Positions 9,315 to 19,104 of a stretch of DNA of 54,416 nucleotides are shown here, piece after piece (the first letter of the stretch is position 1; every line of letters starts with the position of its first letter). The notes beneath the pieces were generated by a model. That model was not told the DNA's origin and made no database searches. It saw only the letters and a list, made by a program, of their open reading frames with translations. Source of the stretch: Cyanobacteriota bacterium (GTDB lineage: Bacteria > Cyanobacteriota > Cyanobacteriia > Cyanobacteriales > Spirulinaceae); assembly GCA_034189065.1 (NCBI GenBank), contig JAXHVQ010000020.1, positions 1-54,416 on the forward strand, written 5' to 3'. Both the position numbers and the translations under genes were made by a program.

Positions 9315-9532
9315 ATTACCTCTCCTTACGGACAACTCACGGTCTTGAGGGAACCTCAAGACCCGTGTCCTTAAAAGAAGAGGATTGAAATTCAGGAAAA
9401 TCTATAATCGCGTCCGCACCTTGCTAGCTCCGTGAGACCTCAAGACCCGTATCATGCTCTTCCTTTACGAAGAGGTTTTAGACCCAATCAATTCATTATT
9501 CATTATTCATTATTCATTATTCATTATTCATT
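9315..9532. repeat. copy 2 of the ~150-bp structured element (with internal perfect hairpin gtcttgagg/cctcaagac) followed by ATTCATT heptamer x6
   Basis: shares 5' 28 nt and 3' ~60 nt with copy at 3411-3558. Confidence 0.7.
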
Positions 9533-9546
9533 GATAAAAGTATACT

Positions 9547-12500
9547 CTAGGAAATAGTGCAAGCCAAACTTTCGATTTTCCAAGGTCGAACAGAATGCTC
9601 TGAAATAGGAGATGTTTGTAAATCGAGTGGGCGTTCTAATAAATCGACAAATCCTTTTAATTTAAGCCCTAACGGACTGCTTATAGAAGGTTTAGCCTCT
9701 TCTCCGTGGGCTTCATAATACCGCAAAATATATGTTCCTGTCTCCTCTTCTGCCGATTTGAACGCCATTAAAATTAAGTTTTCAGCCCCAAATCCAATGA
9801 AACTATTGACAAACGATAGATTTTGTATTCCATTTTTCTTAAAATTTATATCCTTCAAACGAACGATTTGTAGAGGTTGATTCAACTCATACCCCTTGCG
9901 AACCGTTTGCGCCCCTTGCCAAGAATAGGCGTGAGGATACACCGCGTAACTAAACTGATGGTTGCCAAAATCTGCATTACAATCGGGCCAAGTAGACCCT
10001 CTTAATAAACTTAAACGCAACTGATTGGGTTGTGCGTCGTAGCCGTACTTGCAATCATTGAGTAAACTGACACCATACTCAGTCAACTGCGAAGAATCCT
10101 CTTTATTTTTAACTCCCTCCATCGTTAAATCTGCCCACTGTTGCGCGGGAACTTCCCACTTGGCTTTCTCCGCAGGCGTTTGCGGTTTCGTCGTTCTTTC
10201 TATCGCGCCGCCGGGAATTTCATAAGTAGCAAAGTCTGCTTCGAGATTGAGGGGAAAAGCCGCTTTGAGAAGGACGTGGCGTTCTTGCCAATTGGCTGTT
10301 GTCGCAATTTTTAAATAATGAGAATCAGCATCGAGAATATAGTCTTGGGTTAACTGAGAAGTGTTGAGTTGGCGGACAATTCGGATGCGTTGGCGAATCT
10401 CCCCGCGTTCTATCCAGGCAATGGATTTTAAGGGTAACGGTGGGAGAGGATGTTGTTGATAATTGGGGTCAATATTCCACGCATCCCAATATTGACCTTC
10501 ATCTTTAAAGGCTTGTAATTGATTTCCCGCGCTACTGAGGACTTCGCGTTGGTTGAGTTTATCAAAAATGCTGCTAATCTCGCCGGTTTGAGGATTGATA
10601 ATGACGCGGAGAGTTGAATTTTCTAATTGGAACGGAAAAATATATCGATTTTCCACTTCCTCCCTCACATCAGAAATTGCATCGTCTCCTCGAACTTCTT
10701 CGGCGCGAACAGAGGAATCCACTTCAGCGTACCAAAATAAACGATACCCGATCGCGGGAACATCCCGAGCGAGAAACAAAATTTCCTCTCCGGCAACTTG
10801 AGTGGGAAGTTTGTCGCCGTGGGAGTTATAAATTTCCCAATTCATTCCGTTGCGAGGGAGACTGACAACCTCACAACGCCGCCAGTTGAGGGAGTTGAAC
10901 GCAAAAATGGGTTTGGCGTTGGGGTGGGGAGGCGAAGGGAGGGAGATTCGGGAGGCGATCGCGTCCAATGCTTCTGCTAAAATGGTCTTGCCAACGTTCA
11001 AAGCCTCTTCCCAATCTTGATTGGCGCGCGCAAAGACTTCAGGAATGGAAGTCCCGGGCAGAATATCGTGAAATTGATTGAATAAAACCTTTTTCCACGC
11101 CGCTTCAATTTGAGTTAAATGATTGTCTCCATTGATAGATTTTGCGTTGTCAATGTGTCCCTCTTGCTTCCTACCCAAGATTTCCGCCAAGGTTGACCAT
11201 AATTCCCCTTGATATAGCAGCGTTTCGCAACGACGATTGGCGCGTTTTTGGTCGGCGCGAGTGGTATAGCAACCGCGATGAAACTCTAAGTATAACTCAT
11301 CTTTCCACGTGGGAATCATCAATGAGTTTTCTCCTTGTTCTTCTTGCTGTTGTAATTGCCCTTCAATTTGCCGCAAATACGATTGCGCCGTCGTAAATTC
11401 AAGGCGCGGAAAAAAGGGAGACTGCCGCCAAGATTCCTGTACTTCTAGCATATCGCGACTGGGGCCGCCGCCGCGATCGCCCACTCCCGGAAGCCAAAAA
11501 ATATCTTGAAGTTTAGTTTGTAACTCCCAGTCTACTGCATAGGAGACAATTTTCATCGGATCGGTATCCATAATACCGGCAATATTCGGCGGAGACATCA
11601 GCGTAAAAATCTGCGTCCCATCGGGAGATTCCCAGTAAAATGCACCATAAGGAAACTGAGTTGTATCGTTCCAGTGCAATTTTTGCGTCACAAAATATTC
11701 AATTCCCCCTTGTTTGAGAAATTGCGGCAATTGCCAACAAAAACCAAAACTGTCGGTTAACCAGGCGACCGTTGCAATTTTACCAAACTTCGCCCGAGTG
11801 TAACGCTGTCCGTAAAGCAGTTGTCTGACAATAGATTCTCCCGACACCAAATTGACATCCGGTTCGACCCACATTCCTCCCAAAACTTCCCAGGATTTGC
11901 GGTTAGCTGCGTCTTGAATAGCTGAAAATAGGTCGGGACGATTTTTCTCAACCCACTCATAAAGGGCGGGACTGGTATGGCAAAAGGTCAGGTCGCGGAA
12001 GTCTTTTTGGAGAGCGAGGACCGATTCAAAGGTGCGCTGGGCAACGTCCCAAGTTTCTTCAACTTCCCACAACCAAGCGAGGTCGAGATGGGCGTGAGAC
12101 AGCATTTTAACGCGACGTTGTTTGAGATTTGCGGCGTGGGGAATTAAAGTCAATCGCGCATCTGAAAGCGCGCGCGTGAAAGATTCGAGGTCGAGAAGAT
12201 TAGAACTGTCGTTGCTAGAACAGAAATAGCGTTCGAGTTTTTTCAATTCTTCAGCTAAAAGCACAACTTTTTCCGGTTCAAAGGCTTGCCAGTATCGATG
12301 TAGGACGGCAAGTTCGTCAGCAATGAAACCCGGGTCGGGCAAAGTTGTATCAAGACTTCCTTCTTCTCCACTTATCGTTTTTTCATTACTATTTATAGAT
12401 AACGATTGACCATAAACCAAAAAAGAACCCATTAATCCGCCAATATCGTGTCCGGGACTGACAAGACGCAACGTCACCGCAAACTCTTCGCCAGGAATTG

Positions 12501-12861
12501 CGGCTTCGGTTAACAAAATTCTCACCGAAGATTCAAATAAATCTCCTTCCTGAACCAAGCGATTATTAACAAAAATTTTAGCATCGTCAGCCCACCATGT
12601 TAAAACGAGGCGCAAGCTGAGTCCGTCGAGTGGATAACCGTTGAGATGGGAAGGAACGACAAACCGTTGCGCCAACCAACAAACCTTGCCGCCAGCTTCC
12701 CAAATGATGTAACCTTTTTCGTTAAGTTGGACGGATTGCCAAGTGGTAAAGTCTGCGGGCGGGGAAACAAAATCTTGAGAAGAATAACGCCAGTTTTCCC
12801 GCACGTCGGTTTGAACTAAATGGCGCAATTTATTAAGAGTTTGGATTAAAGAATGGGACAT
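9547..12861 (-). CDS. glycoside hydrolase family 38 alpha-mannosidase
   Basis: 1104 aa; GH38 catalytic core motif LSHAHLDLAWLW and overall length typical of cyanobacterial GH38. Confidence 0.85.
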   Translation of the reverse strand: MSHSLIQTLNKLRHLVQTDVRENWRYSSQDFVSPPADFTTWQSVQLNEKGYIIWEAGGKVCWLAQRFVVPSHLNGYPLDGLSLRLVLTWWADDAKIFVNNRLVQEGDLFESSVRILLTEAAIPGEEFAVTLRLVSPGHDIGGLMGSFLVYGQSLSINSNEKTISGEEGSLDTTLPDPGFIADELAVLHRYWQAFEPEKVVLLAEELKKLERYFCSSNDSSNLLDLESFTRALSDARLTLIPHAANLKQRRVKMLSHAHLDLAWLWEVEETWDVAQRTFESVLALQKDFRDLTFCHTSPALYEWVEKNRPDLFSAIQDAANRKSWEVLGGMWVEPDVNLVSGESIVRQLLYGQRYTRAKFGKIATVAWLTDSFGFCWQLPQFLKQGGIEYFVTQKLHWNDTTQFPYGAFYWESPDGTQIFTLMSPPNIAGIMDTDPMKIVSYAVDWELQTKLQDIFWLPGVGDRGGGPSRDMLEVQESWRQSPFFPRLEFTTAQSYLRQIEGQLQQQEEQGENSLMIPTWKDELYLEFHRGCYTTRADQKRANRRCETLLYQGELWSTLAEILGRKQEGHIDNAKSINGDNHLTQIEAAWKKVLFNQFHDILPGTSIPEVFARANQDWEEALNVGKTILAEALDAIASRISLPSPPHPNAKPIFAFNSLNWRRCEVVSLPRNGMNWEIYNSHGDKLPTQVAGEEILFLARDVPAIGYRLFWYAEVDSSVRAEEVRGDDAISDVREEVENRYIFPFQLENSTLRVIINPQTGEISSIFDKLNQREVLSSAGNQLQAFKDEGQYWDAWNIDPNYQQHPLPPLPLKSIAWIERGEIRQRIRIVRQLNTSQLTQDYILDADSHYLKIATTANWQERHVLLKAAFPLNLEADFATYEIPGGAIERTTKPQTPAEKAKWEVPAQQWADLTMEGVKNKEDSSQLTEYGVSLLNDCKYGYDAQPNQLRLSLLRGSTWPDCNADFGNHQFSYAVYPHAYSWQGAQTVRKGYELNQPLQIVRLKDINFKKNGIQNLSFVNSFIGFGAENLILMAFKSAEEETGTYILRYYEAHGEEAKPSISSPLGLKLKGFVDLLERPLDLQTSPISEHSVRPWKIESLACTIS

Positions 12862-13095
12862 AAGTTCTTAAGGGCGCAAGTCTGCAATAATGGAGAATGG
12901 GTTATTGCAAGCTCAATCTGTAATATTACGGAGTAGAGCGGAATACATAAAATTGTGCTATAGTAGGAAGCTTCGATTCGGTTTGTATGAGGTTTTATTC
13001 AATGACTTTAACCGGAATAACGTTTTTTATGTAATTTGTCAATACTTTATTGCAGAACGGAACCCATTAGCACTCTCTATTATTTCCATCGGACA

Positions 13096-13479
13096 ATGAC
13101 ATCAACCCTTGAAAGATTAACAACTGTCGATAACCAACTATCCAACCGCTTTATCGAACTCGATCCGGCGGGATATTTTATTATTTATCTCGATCGGAAG
13201 AAAGGATTGATTTGCGCAGAGCATTACACGAATGAAATCAACGAAAAAGGTTTAGCGATCGATCCAGAAACAGGAGAACCATTCCCTTGCGATCAAAAGC
13301 TCGCCCGCAAGCCTACTGCGACTTTTACCGGGAGAACGGCAAAAGAAATTGGTATAAAAATAACCGAAAAAACAAAACCCTGTCCCCTCAGCAAACTCGA
13401 CCACGCACTATATTTAGGTCGGGAGTTTGTGCGAGCAGAGATAGCTTTACTCGCGGGACAAGATTATATTCAAGATTGA
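13096..13479 (+). CDS. DUF4346-like conserved cyanobacterial protein
   Basis: ORF from Met MTSTLERL; motif pattern of DUF4346; upstream part of ORF-table entry likely non-coding. Confidence 0.5.
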   Translation: MTSTLERLTTVDNQLSNRFIELDPAGYFIIYLDRKKGLICAEHYTNEINEKGLAIDPETGEPFPCDQKLARKPTATFTGRTAKEIGIKITEKTKPCPLSKLDHALYLGREFVRAEIALLAGQDYIQD

Positions 13480-13570
13480 GCGAAAGCAAACTAAATTTTG
13501 CTTTATGCTTCGGGAGTTTGCGCGAGCAGAAATAGCCTTAATTGCGGAACAAAACTATATCAAAATCAAG
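13440..13570. repeat. degenerate tandem duplication (~60 bp) of the 3' end of the preceding gene
   Basis: cgggagtttgtgcgagcagagatagc...caagattgag followed by cgggagtttgcgcgagcagaaatagc...caaaatcaagtaa. Confidence 0.6.
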
Positions 13571-13644
13571 TAATTAGCGGTCATTTGTCTGTATTAATAC
13601 TTCCAAGAGTAACGAAATGAACAACAGAAAAGGACGAAGAACAA

Positions 13645-14607
13645 ATGACGAACGACAAAATACAAGCTTTTGGCGATTGGGCGCGGGTGGCAATTGACCA
13701 ACACTCCCACAAAATGTTCAAACACGAACCAGAAGTTTTAAAAGATAAGGATCCCGAAGAACTTCATCAGATGCGAGTGGGAATGCGTCGCTTGCGCAGC
13801 GCGATGGCGGGATTTTCAACAGCACTCGATCTTCCAGCTTCCGCCCGAGAAAAAAAGGTGAGTAAAGTGGCTAAAATCCTCGGACAACTGCGCGACTTGG
13901 ATGTTTTAGGAGAAGCTTTAGAAACGGAATATAAACCCACTTTACCGAAAAAGGAGCAGAAAGAACTCGCTCCTAGTTTCAAAATTTTGAAAAAACGAAG
14001 AAGTGAAGAAGTAGCGCGAGTTAAAAAAACTTTAAAAGGAAAAACTTACAATGCCCTCAAACACGGACTGAAAGATTGGTTAGAACATCCCCAATATCAA
14101 AAAATAGGCGACGCTTCCATCGAACTTGTTTTACCCGATATTCTCCTTCCTCAAGCTAGTCAACTCTTATTACATCCAGGATGGTTCGCAGAAGTCGAAA
14201 CGACGGGTGAGGAATTACAAGACGATGCTAAAACTGTCGAAAAACTATTGGAAGAAAATGAGGAAACACTACACGATCTGCGCAAAGAAGCCAAGCGATC
14301 GCGCTATCAAATGGAACTGTTCGCGTCCTTCTACGGCGAAGACTACGACAGAGACGTTAAAGCCATTAAAAAAGTCCAATCCATTCTGGGGGAAATTCAA
14401 GATAGTTTTGTCCTCGCCGAATTTTTAGATAAAACCCTTGACAAATCCATTGATAAGTGCGTGCCAACCCTAGCCGCACAACTGAGACAAAATCGCTACC
14501 AAAAATGGCAAACGTGGCGAACAATACGGGAAGAATTTCGCGATCGCGCCTTTCGAGACAACCTACGACTTACCCTCCAAAAACCCAACTCCGAATCCAG
14601 TTCGTAG
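13645..14607 (+). CDS. CHAD domain-containing protein
   Basis: 320 aa; CHAD-like conserved His/Arg helices (HQMRVGMRRLRS, RKEAKRSRYQ). Confidence 0.8.
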   Translation: MTNDKIQAFGDWARVAIDQHSHKMFKHEPEVLKDKDPEELHQMRVGMRRLRSAMAGFSTALDLPASAREKKVSKVAKILGQLRDLDVLGEALETEYKPTLPKKEQKELAPSFKILKKRRSEEVARVKKTLKGKTYNALKHGLKDWLEHPQYQKIGDASIELVLPDILLPQASQLLLHPGWFAEVETTGEELQDDAKTVEKLLEENEETLHDLRKEAKRSRYQMELFASFYGEDYDRDVKAIKKVQSILGEIQDSFVLAEFLDKTLDKSIDKCVPTLAAQLRQNRYQKWQTWRTIREEFRDRAFRDNLRLTLQKPNSESSS

Positions 14608-14630
14608 TAGGGGCTTTAGCCCCTGCAATC
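14603..14630. repeat. REP element (CGTAGTAGGGGCTTTAGCCCCTGCAA), overlaps stop codon of CHAD gene
   Basis: palindromic GGGGCTTTAGCCCC core; same element at 19855-19884 (inverted), 37015-37045, 46321-46384. Confidence 0.8.
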
Positions 14631-14697
14631 TAACTTAATATATTCATTACCTGTCGTTTACCTGAATCCTTTAAACTGCCCGAAAAACCAGAGTAGT

Positions 14698-15354
14698 TTG
14701 ATGGTACCGAAGACAACAGGCGCGCGTAGGCTCCTAACCTCACAAAACATTGCGGAAACCGAGGAAAACAAAGACGGACAGCGGTTACACTTTTATCACA
14801 AAGGTGAAAACATCCCTCTAATGACGCAGGGTGTATGGCAAGTTTATCGCGGCTTAGTTCAGCTCGGTACAATTCATTCGAGTGGAGAAGAAGTGGTACT
14901 CGGTTGGGCGCAACCGGCAACTTTTTTCGGGCAGTGGTTGACGCGCTTAGAGACCTACGAAGCTAAAGCCTTATCGGATGTTTACTTGCGTTGGTTTTTC
15001 CTAAGCGAAATTGAAAATTCCCCTCATTTGTGTCACCTGTTGTTTATTAATCTGAGTCGGCGACTGAGACAAACCGAAGCAATGTTAGCGATCGCGGGAG
15101 AACGACGAGTCGAAGATCGCCTCAACCAACTTCTGATACTATTGAAAGCGGAAATGGGCCATCCAATAGCTGAAGGGACGCGCATTGAAGTCCGCTTAAC
15201 CCATCAAAATTTAGCCAACGCCATCGGCACAACGCGCGTTACCATTACCCGCTTGCTGGGAAAACTGCAACGGGAAGAGTATATTTCCTTCGATCGCGAT
15301 CGCCACTTAATCCTCAACGATTCCAAATTCAACCATCTCGCGACGAAAATTTAA
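14698..15354 (+). CDS. Crp/Fnr family transcriptional regulator
   Basis: 218 aa; cNMP-binding-like N-domain and C-terminal HTH RVTITRLLGKLQREEYI. Confidence 0.8.
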   Translation: MMVPKTTGARRLLTSQNIAETEENKDGQRLHFYHKGENIPLMTQGVWQVYRGLVQLGTIHSSGEEVVLGWAQPATFFGQWLTRLETYEAKALSDVYLRWFFLSEIENSPHLCHLLFINLSRRLRQTEAMLAIAGERRVEDRLNQLLILLKAEMGHPIAEGTRIEVRLTHQNLANAIGTTRVTITRLLGKLQREEYISFDRDRHLILNDSKFNHLATKI

Positions 15355-15357
15355 GTG

Positions 15358-15806
15358 ATATAGCGTTTTGATTTGGGTTGTAAATCTGAGTTTTGGCAAG
15401 AATTCGCCGAGGGAAGAATCGGGTATAATTGAGTAGCAAGATTGTTGCTAATCGCTTAATACCGACGGTTAAATGGGAGGATGGGAACAACTCAACAACT
15501 CGAGCGGCTTTTAGAAGAAGCAAGAAACAGACAGAACGCGATCGCTTCTGGGAACTGGTCGAAATTGACCCCAAATTAGCTAATATTAAAAGATCGAAAT
15601 AAAGAAGTTCGCGATAGTGTCAGAGAAACTTTAGGATCGCAACAACAACAAGACATTATATAGCGTTTTCAAATGAAATATAAACAGATAAGAATATTCC
15701 CTACTTTTAGTAACTCCTCGCTCCTCCCTTGAATTTTTCTATTCTTCTATTCTTCCATTCTGAATCCCGAAGTCAAGATTTTACAAATCAAATAAAAACG
15801 CTATAT
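15358..15806. mobile_element. MITE-like element(s): minimal unit 15659-15806 with TIR TATAGCGTTTT/AAAACGCTATA plus inverted solo end at 15358-15386
   Basis: ends match dispersed family at 21891-22382 and 52266-52300; internal TTCTATT heptamer run. Confidence 0.55.
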
Positions 15807-15822
15807 CAACTAAACTTGTATC

Positions 15823-16440
15823 TTGCTAACGGTTGCCAACCGCTTCCAAACCCCCAAGAGTAACATGACTTATACCTCCCAAAAGCCAGTAGACCAAAGA
15901 TTTATCCATTCGGGAATAACCTGGTCGCAATTCAAATCGATCCAAGCAGGATTTCTCGATTCGCCTGGAATTCAACTATTTTACTATCGAGGAGAACTAG
16001 AAATCTTGTCTACCTCGCCAGACCACGAAATTGTTAAGGGCAATTTAGGATATCTCCTAGAAACATACCTGGTGGAACGAGAGATTGATTTTATGGGAAC
16101 GGGTTCGTGTTCGTTAGAAAAAGAAAATGAAGCATCGGTTATGGCAAATGAGTCTTATTGCTTTGGCGAGCAAAAGCCAATTCCAGATTTAGCAATTGAA
16201 GTGGTTTTGACGAGCGGCGGAACTCCTAAGTTAGAAAGATACAAAGCACTAGGAGTTAAAGAGGTTTGGTTTTGGGAAAATCGTAAAATTTCGGTGTATG
16301 CTTTGGAAAACGAACGCTATCAATCGATCGCGCGGAGTCAGTTTGTCCCTAACCTTAACCTTGAATGGCTCGCGCGATGTGCTACTCTGAGTTCGAGAAT
16401 ACAAGCCGTTAGAGAATTTCGCACTCGCAGCACGCTCTAG
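15823..16440 (+). CDS. Uma2 family (DUF820) putative restriction-endonuclease-like protein
   Basis: 205 aa; pattern of Uma2 family common in cyanobacteria (PD-(D/E)xK-like core). Confidence 0.7.
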   Translation: MLTVANRFQTPKSNMTYTSQKPVDQRFIHSGITWSQFKSIQAGFLDSPGIQLFYYRGELEILSTSPDHEIVKGNLGYLLETYLVEREIDFMGTGSCSLEKENEASVMANESYCFGEQKPIPDLAIEVVLTSGGTPKLERYKALGVKEVWFWENRKISVYALENERYQSIARSQFVPNLNLEWLARCATLSSRIQAVREFRTRSTL

Positions 16441-16554
16441 GGGTTAAAGATCGAACAACTTTTAACAAAGGCGCAACTCCGAGCTACACTAGGGAGCGAT
16501 CGCGACCCCTTGGGGATTGGCGAACACAAACTTAACATCGAACAAATAACTTGT

Positions 16555-17214
16555 ATGATTACCGTGGCATTGCCCAAGGGCGCTCTTCTCAAAGATAGTA
16601 TTCACCTCTTCGGGCAAGTCGGTCTGGATTTTACGGCGTTTCTCGACGACCGCAACCGCCAACTCCAAATCTCCGACCCGACAAATACCGCCAAAGCGTT
16701 ACTCGTCCGCGCCCAGGATGTCCCAGTTTACGTCGAATACGGACAAGCGCAACTGGGAATTGTCGGCTACGACGTGCTTCTCGAAAAATCTCCCCAAGTC
16801 GCTCAACTTGCCGATCTCGATTTTGGTCGCTGTCGAATGTCCGTTGCCGTTCCAGCAGCCAGCCCCTATCAGCGATCGCAACATCTTCCCCCCCACGGCA
16901 GAGTCGCATCCAAATTCGTTCGTTGCGCCCGCGAACACTTTAACACCCTCGATCTTCCCGTTGAAATTATCCCCCTTTACGGCTCGGTGGAACTCGGACC
17001 GATTACGGGAATGTCCGACGCAATTGTCGATTTAGTCTCTACCGGACGCACTCTCCAGGAAAATGGCTTAGTGGAAATCGATATTTTGTTCGAGAGTACC
17101 GCTCGCCTCATTGCTCATCCCCTCAGCTATCGCTTGAATGCGGACGAATTGCACGACTGGGTGAGGCAGTTGCGCGAAATCGTACTCGAAAAAAGTCCGC
17201 ATATCGAAAATTAA
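16555..17214 (+). CDS. hisG: ATP phosphoribosyltransferase, short form
   Basis: N-terminus [12 protein letters not shown] and PRPP-binding region typical of HisG; ATG at 16555 preferred over TTG at 16510. Confidence 0.9.
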   Translation: MITVALPKGALLKDSIHLFGQVGLDFTAFLDDRNRQLQISDPTNTAKALLVRAQDVPVYVEYGQAQLGIVGYDVLLEKSPQVAQLADLDFGRCRMSVAVPAASPYQRSQHLPPHGRVASKFVRCAREHFNTLDLPVEIIPLYGSVELGPITGMSDAIVDLVSTGRTLQENGLVEIDILFESTARLIAHPLSYRLNADELHDWVRQLREIVLEKSPHIEN

Positions 17215-17261
17215 GGGCAAAACCTTCACAGTATTTTCACGAGAACTTGCTAGACTAAGCT

Positions 17262-17331
17262 CCAACGTGCAAATGATTAGGTGTGCAAATCTTCAATCCC
17301 CTAACTCGACAACGAGCTGGGGACTTTTTTT
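17262..17331 (+). ncRNA. candidate sRNA copy A (divergent) with extended -10 TGcTAGACT and terminator
   Basis: TGnTAGACT box ~17247-17255; hairpin ccctaactcgacaacgagctgggg followed by T8. Confidence 0.45.
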
Positions 17332-17438
17332 TGCGCTCGCCTTTCCTCCCTCCTGAGATTTTCCCCATCCCAAAACTGATTGGTATTTTGAGCGCAAAAC
17401 TTCACGGTATTTTCACGAATATCTGTTAGACTCAGTTA

Positions 17439-17504
17439 AAGCGTACAGATGATAGGTGTGCAGACATTCATCCCCCAACTCAACAACGAGCGGGGACTTT
17501 TTTT
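17439..17504 (+). ncRNA. candidate sRNA copy B
   Basis: TGtTAGACT box ~17424-17432; conserved core GCGTACAGATGATAGGTGTGCAGACA; hairpin + T7. Confidence 0.5.
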
Positions 17505-17611
17505 GGCGATCGCCTCTCCTCCCTCCTGAGATTTTCCCCATCCCAAAACTGATTGGTATTTTGAGCGCAAAACTTCACGGTATTTTCACGAATATCTGTT
17601 AGACTCAGTTA

Positions 17612-17677
17612 AAGCGTACAGATGATAGGTGTGCAGACATTCATCCCCCAACTCGACAACGAGCGGGGACTTTTTTT
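17612..17677 (+). ncRNA. candidate sRNA copy C
   Basis: identical to copy B apart from 1-2 nt; TGtTAGACT box ~17597-17605; T7 at ~17671. Confidence 0.5.
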
Positions 17678-17782
17678 GGCGATCGCCTTCCTCCCTCCTG
17701 AGATTTCCCCCATCCCAAAACTGATTGCATTTTCAGCCTAAAACTTCACGGTATTTTCACGAGTATTTGTTAGACTCAGTTA

Positions 17783-17848
17783 AAGCGTACAGATGATAGG
17801 TGTGCAGACATTCATCCCCCAACTCGACAACGAGTGGGGACTTTTTTT
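17783..17848 (+). ncRNA. candidate sRNA copy D
   Basis: TGtTAGACT box ~17768-17776; hairpin cccccaactcgacaacgagtgggg + T7. Confidence 0.5.
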
Positions 17849-17929
17849 GCGATCGCCTCTCCTCCCTCCTGAGATTTTCCCCATCCCAAAACTTCACAGT
17901 ATTTTCACGATAGTCTGTCATACTTAATA

Positions 17930-17995
17930 AAGCGTACAGATAATAGGCGTACAGACGTTTGTTCCTCAACTCTAGCTAGAGTTGGGGCTTTTTTT
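17930..17995 (+). ncRNA. candidate sRNA copy E (divergent)
   Basis: TGtCATACT box ~17915-17923; core GCGTACAGATAATAGGCGTACAGAC; hairpin caactctagctagagttg + T7. Confidence 0.4.
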
Positions 17996-18104
17996 ATAAC
18001 AACTGCACTTATCGTTGCCTAAGACCATCCAGTTTTTAAAGATTAATTTAAGCTTTGAATCTAGATTTTCACTTAAATTCCACAAAAATTTGTCATACTT
18101 AAGT

Positions 18105-18170
18105 ACAGCGTGCAGATGATAGGCGTACAGACACTAATCCCCCAACTTGAGTAAAAGTTGGGGGGTTTTT
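18105..18170 (+). ncRNA. candidate sRNA copy F (divergent)
   Basis: TGtCATACT box ~18091-18099; core GCGTGCAGATGATAGGCGTACAGAC; perfect 10-bp hairpin cccccaactt/aagttggggg + T6. Confidence 0.45.
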
Positions 18171-18216
18171 TCGATAAAAACACCTTTCTCAGGGCAGTTG
18201 GGCAAAAGCAACCGTC

Positions 18217-19104
18217 CTATTCGCACGGCGTAAGTTGAGCCAATTGCAGCACAATACTATCAATTGCACCCACCAAAGCATTGCCCGAAACATTCGACTG
18301 ATTCGCCAAAATGCTAAAGACCAAAGTCCCATAGGTCGGATTTTCGACATAGCCCGACAGCGCTCGAACGCCAGTCAGCGTACCAGTTTTAGCATGAACA
18401 ATTCCTTGAGCATTGGTAGCGCGCATTCGATTTCTGAGCGTCCCATTCACCCCAGCCACCGGCAGCGACGAATACCAAACATCCCAGGAACTCGTAGTAT
18501 TCATGCCCTTGAGAATATTAACCAACACGCTGGGCGTTGCCGAATTGCCGCGCGACAAACCCGAACCATCCACCTGACGATAGCCATTGGCACTCACGCC
18601 CAACTCGCTCAGCGTTTGCCGAACAGCCTGGGGTCCGCCAATATAGCGCAACAGAACATCAGCGTAGTTATTATTGCTCATTCGATTGGTGGTTGTCACC
18701 CACTGCCGCAAAGATTGAGAGCGAATTTGGGTTTGCGGACTCAGGCGCTGCAGCGCTGCGGCAGTGGTTAGCAATTTAACATTAGAGGCTGGAATCAAGG
18801 CTGAATTTGGATTGTAGCTATAGAGAACCTGGCCGTCGAGGGACTCTACCAAAATGCCCCACCGTCCGTTGGAAAATGGAGGTGTTTTCACGATAGAGTC
18901 AATGGCTGGTTCGAGAAACGCCGGACAAATTCCGTTTCTTCCCTGTTGTGCGGGGGGAACGGAAATGACGATGGGATCGAAGTTTGGGCTTAAATATTCG
19001 GCAAATTGAGCGTTGGCTGCTTTAGGAAAAAGGGGAGCCCCGGTTGCGATCGCAGTTGCCGCGAGCAAACCGAGAGAGTTAAGCCAAGATTTTTTTCTGT
19101 GCAT
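18217..19104 (-). CDS. D-alanyl-D-alanine carboxypeptidase/endopeptidase (peptidase S13, PBP4-like, short form)
   Basis: 295 aa; signal peptide; SxxK (SNVK) and KTG (HAKTGT) motifs. Confidence 0.7.
   Translation of the reverse strand: MHRKKSWLNSLGLLAATAIATGAPLFPKAANAQFAEYLSPNFDPIVISVPPAQQGRNGICPAFLEPAIDSIVKTPPFSNGRWGILVESLDGQVLYSYNPNSALIPASNVKLLTTAAALQRLSPQTQIRSQSLRQWVTTTNRMSNNNYADVLLRYIGGPQAVRQTLSELGVSANGYRQVDGSGLSRGNSATPSVLVNILKGMNTTSSWDVWYSSLPVAGVNGTLRNRMRATNAQGIVHAKTGTLTGVRALSGYVENPTYGTLVFSILANQSNVSGNALVGAIDSIVLQLAQLTPCE

Larger units (their letters stand above)
17224..18175 (+). repeat. tandem array of six ~175-bp units (four near-identical, two divergent), each = promoter-like box + ~65-nt transcribed segment + hairpin/T-tract
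   Basis: direct reading; unit starts ~17224, 17400, 17573, 17743, 17892, 18063. Confidence 0.9.

Noticed and set aside
10595-11509. ORFs antisense to the GH38 mannosidase gene
   Set aside because: They are nested inside a well-supported 1104-aa gene.
17224-18175. Whether the tandem sRNA-like array is the known NsiR1 array
   Set aside because: NsiR1 arrays lie upstream of hetF and carry a TCCGGA (DIF) motif at -35. Neither is present here, so the family is unassigned, not called NsiR1.
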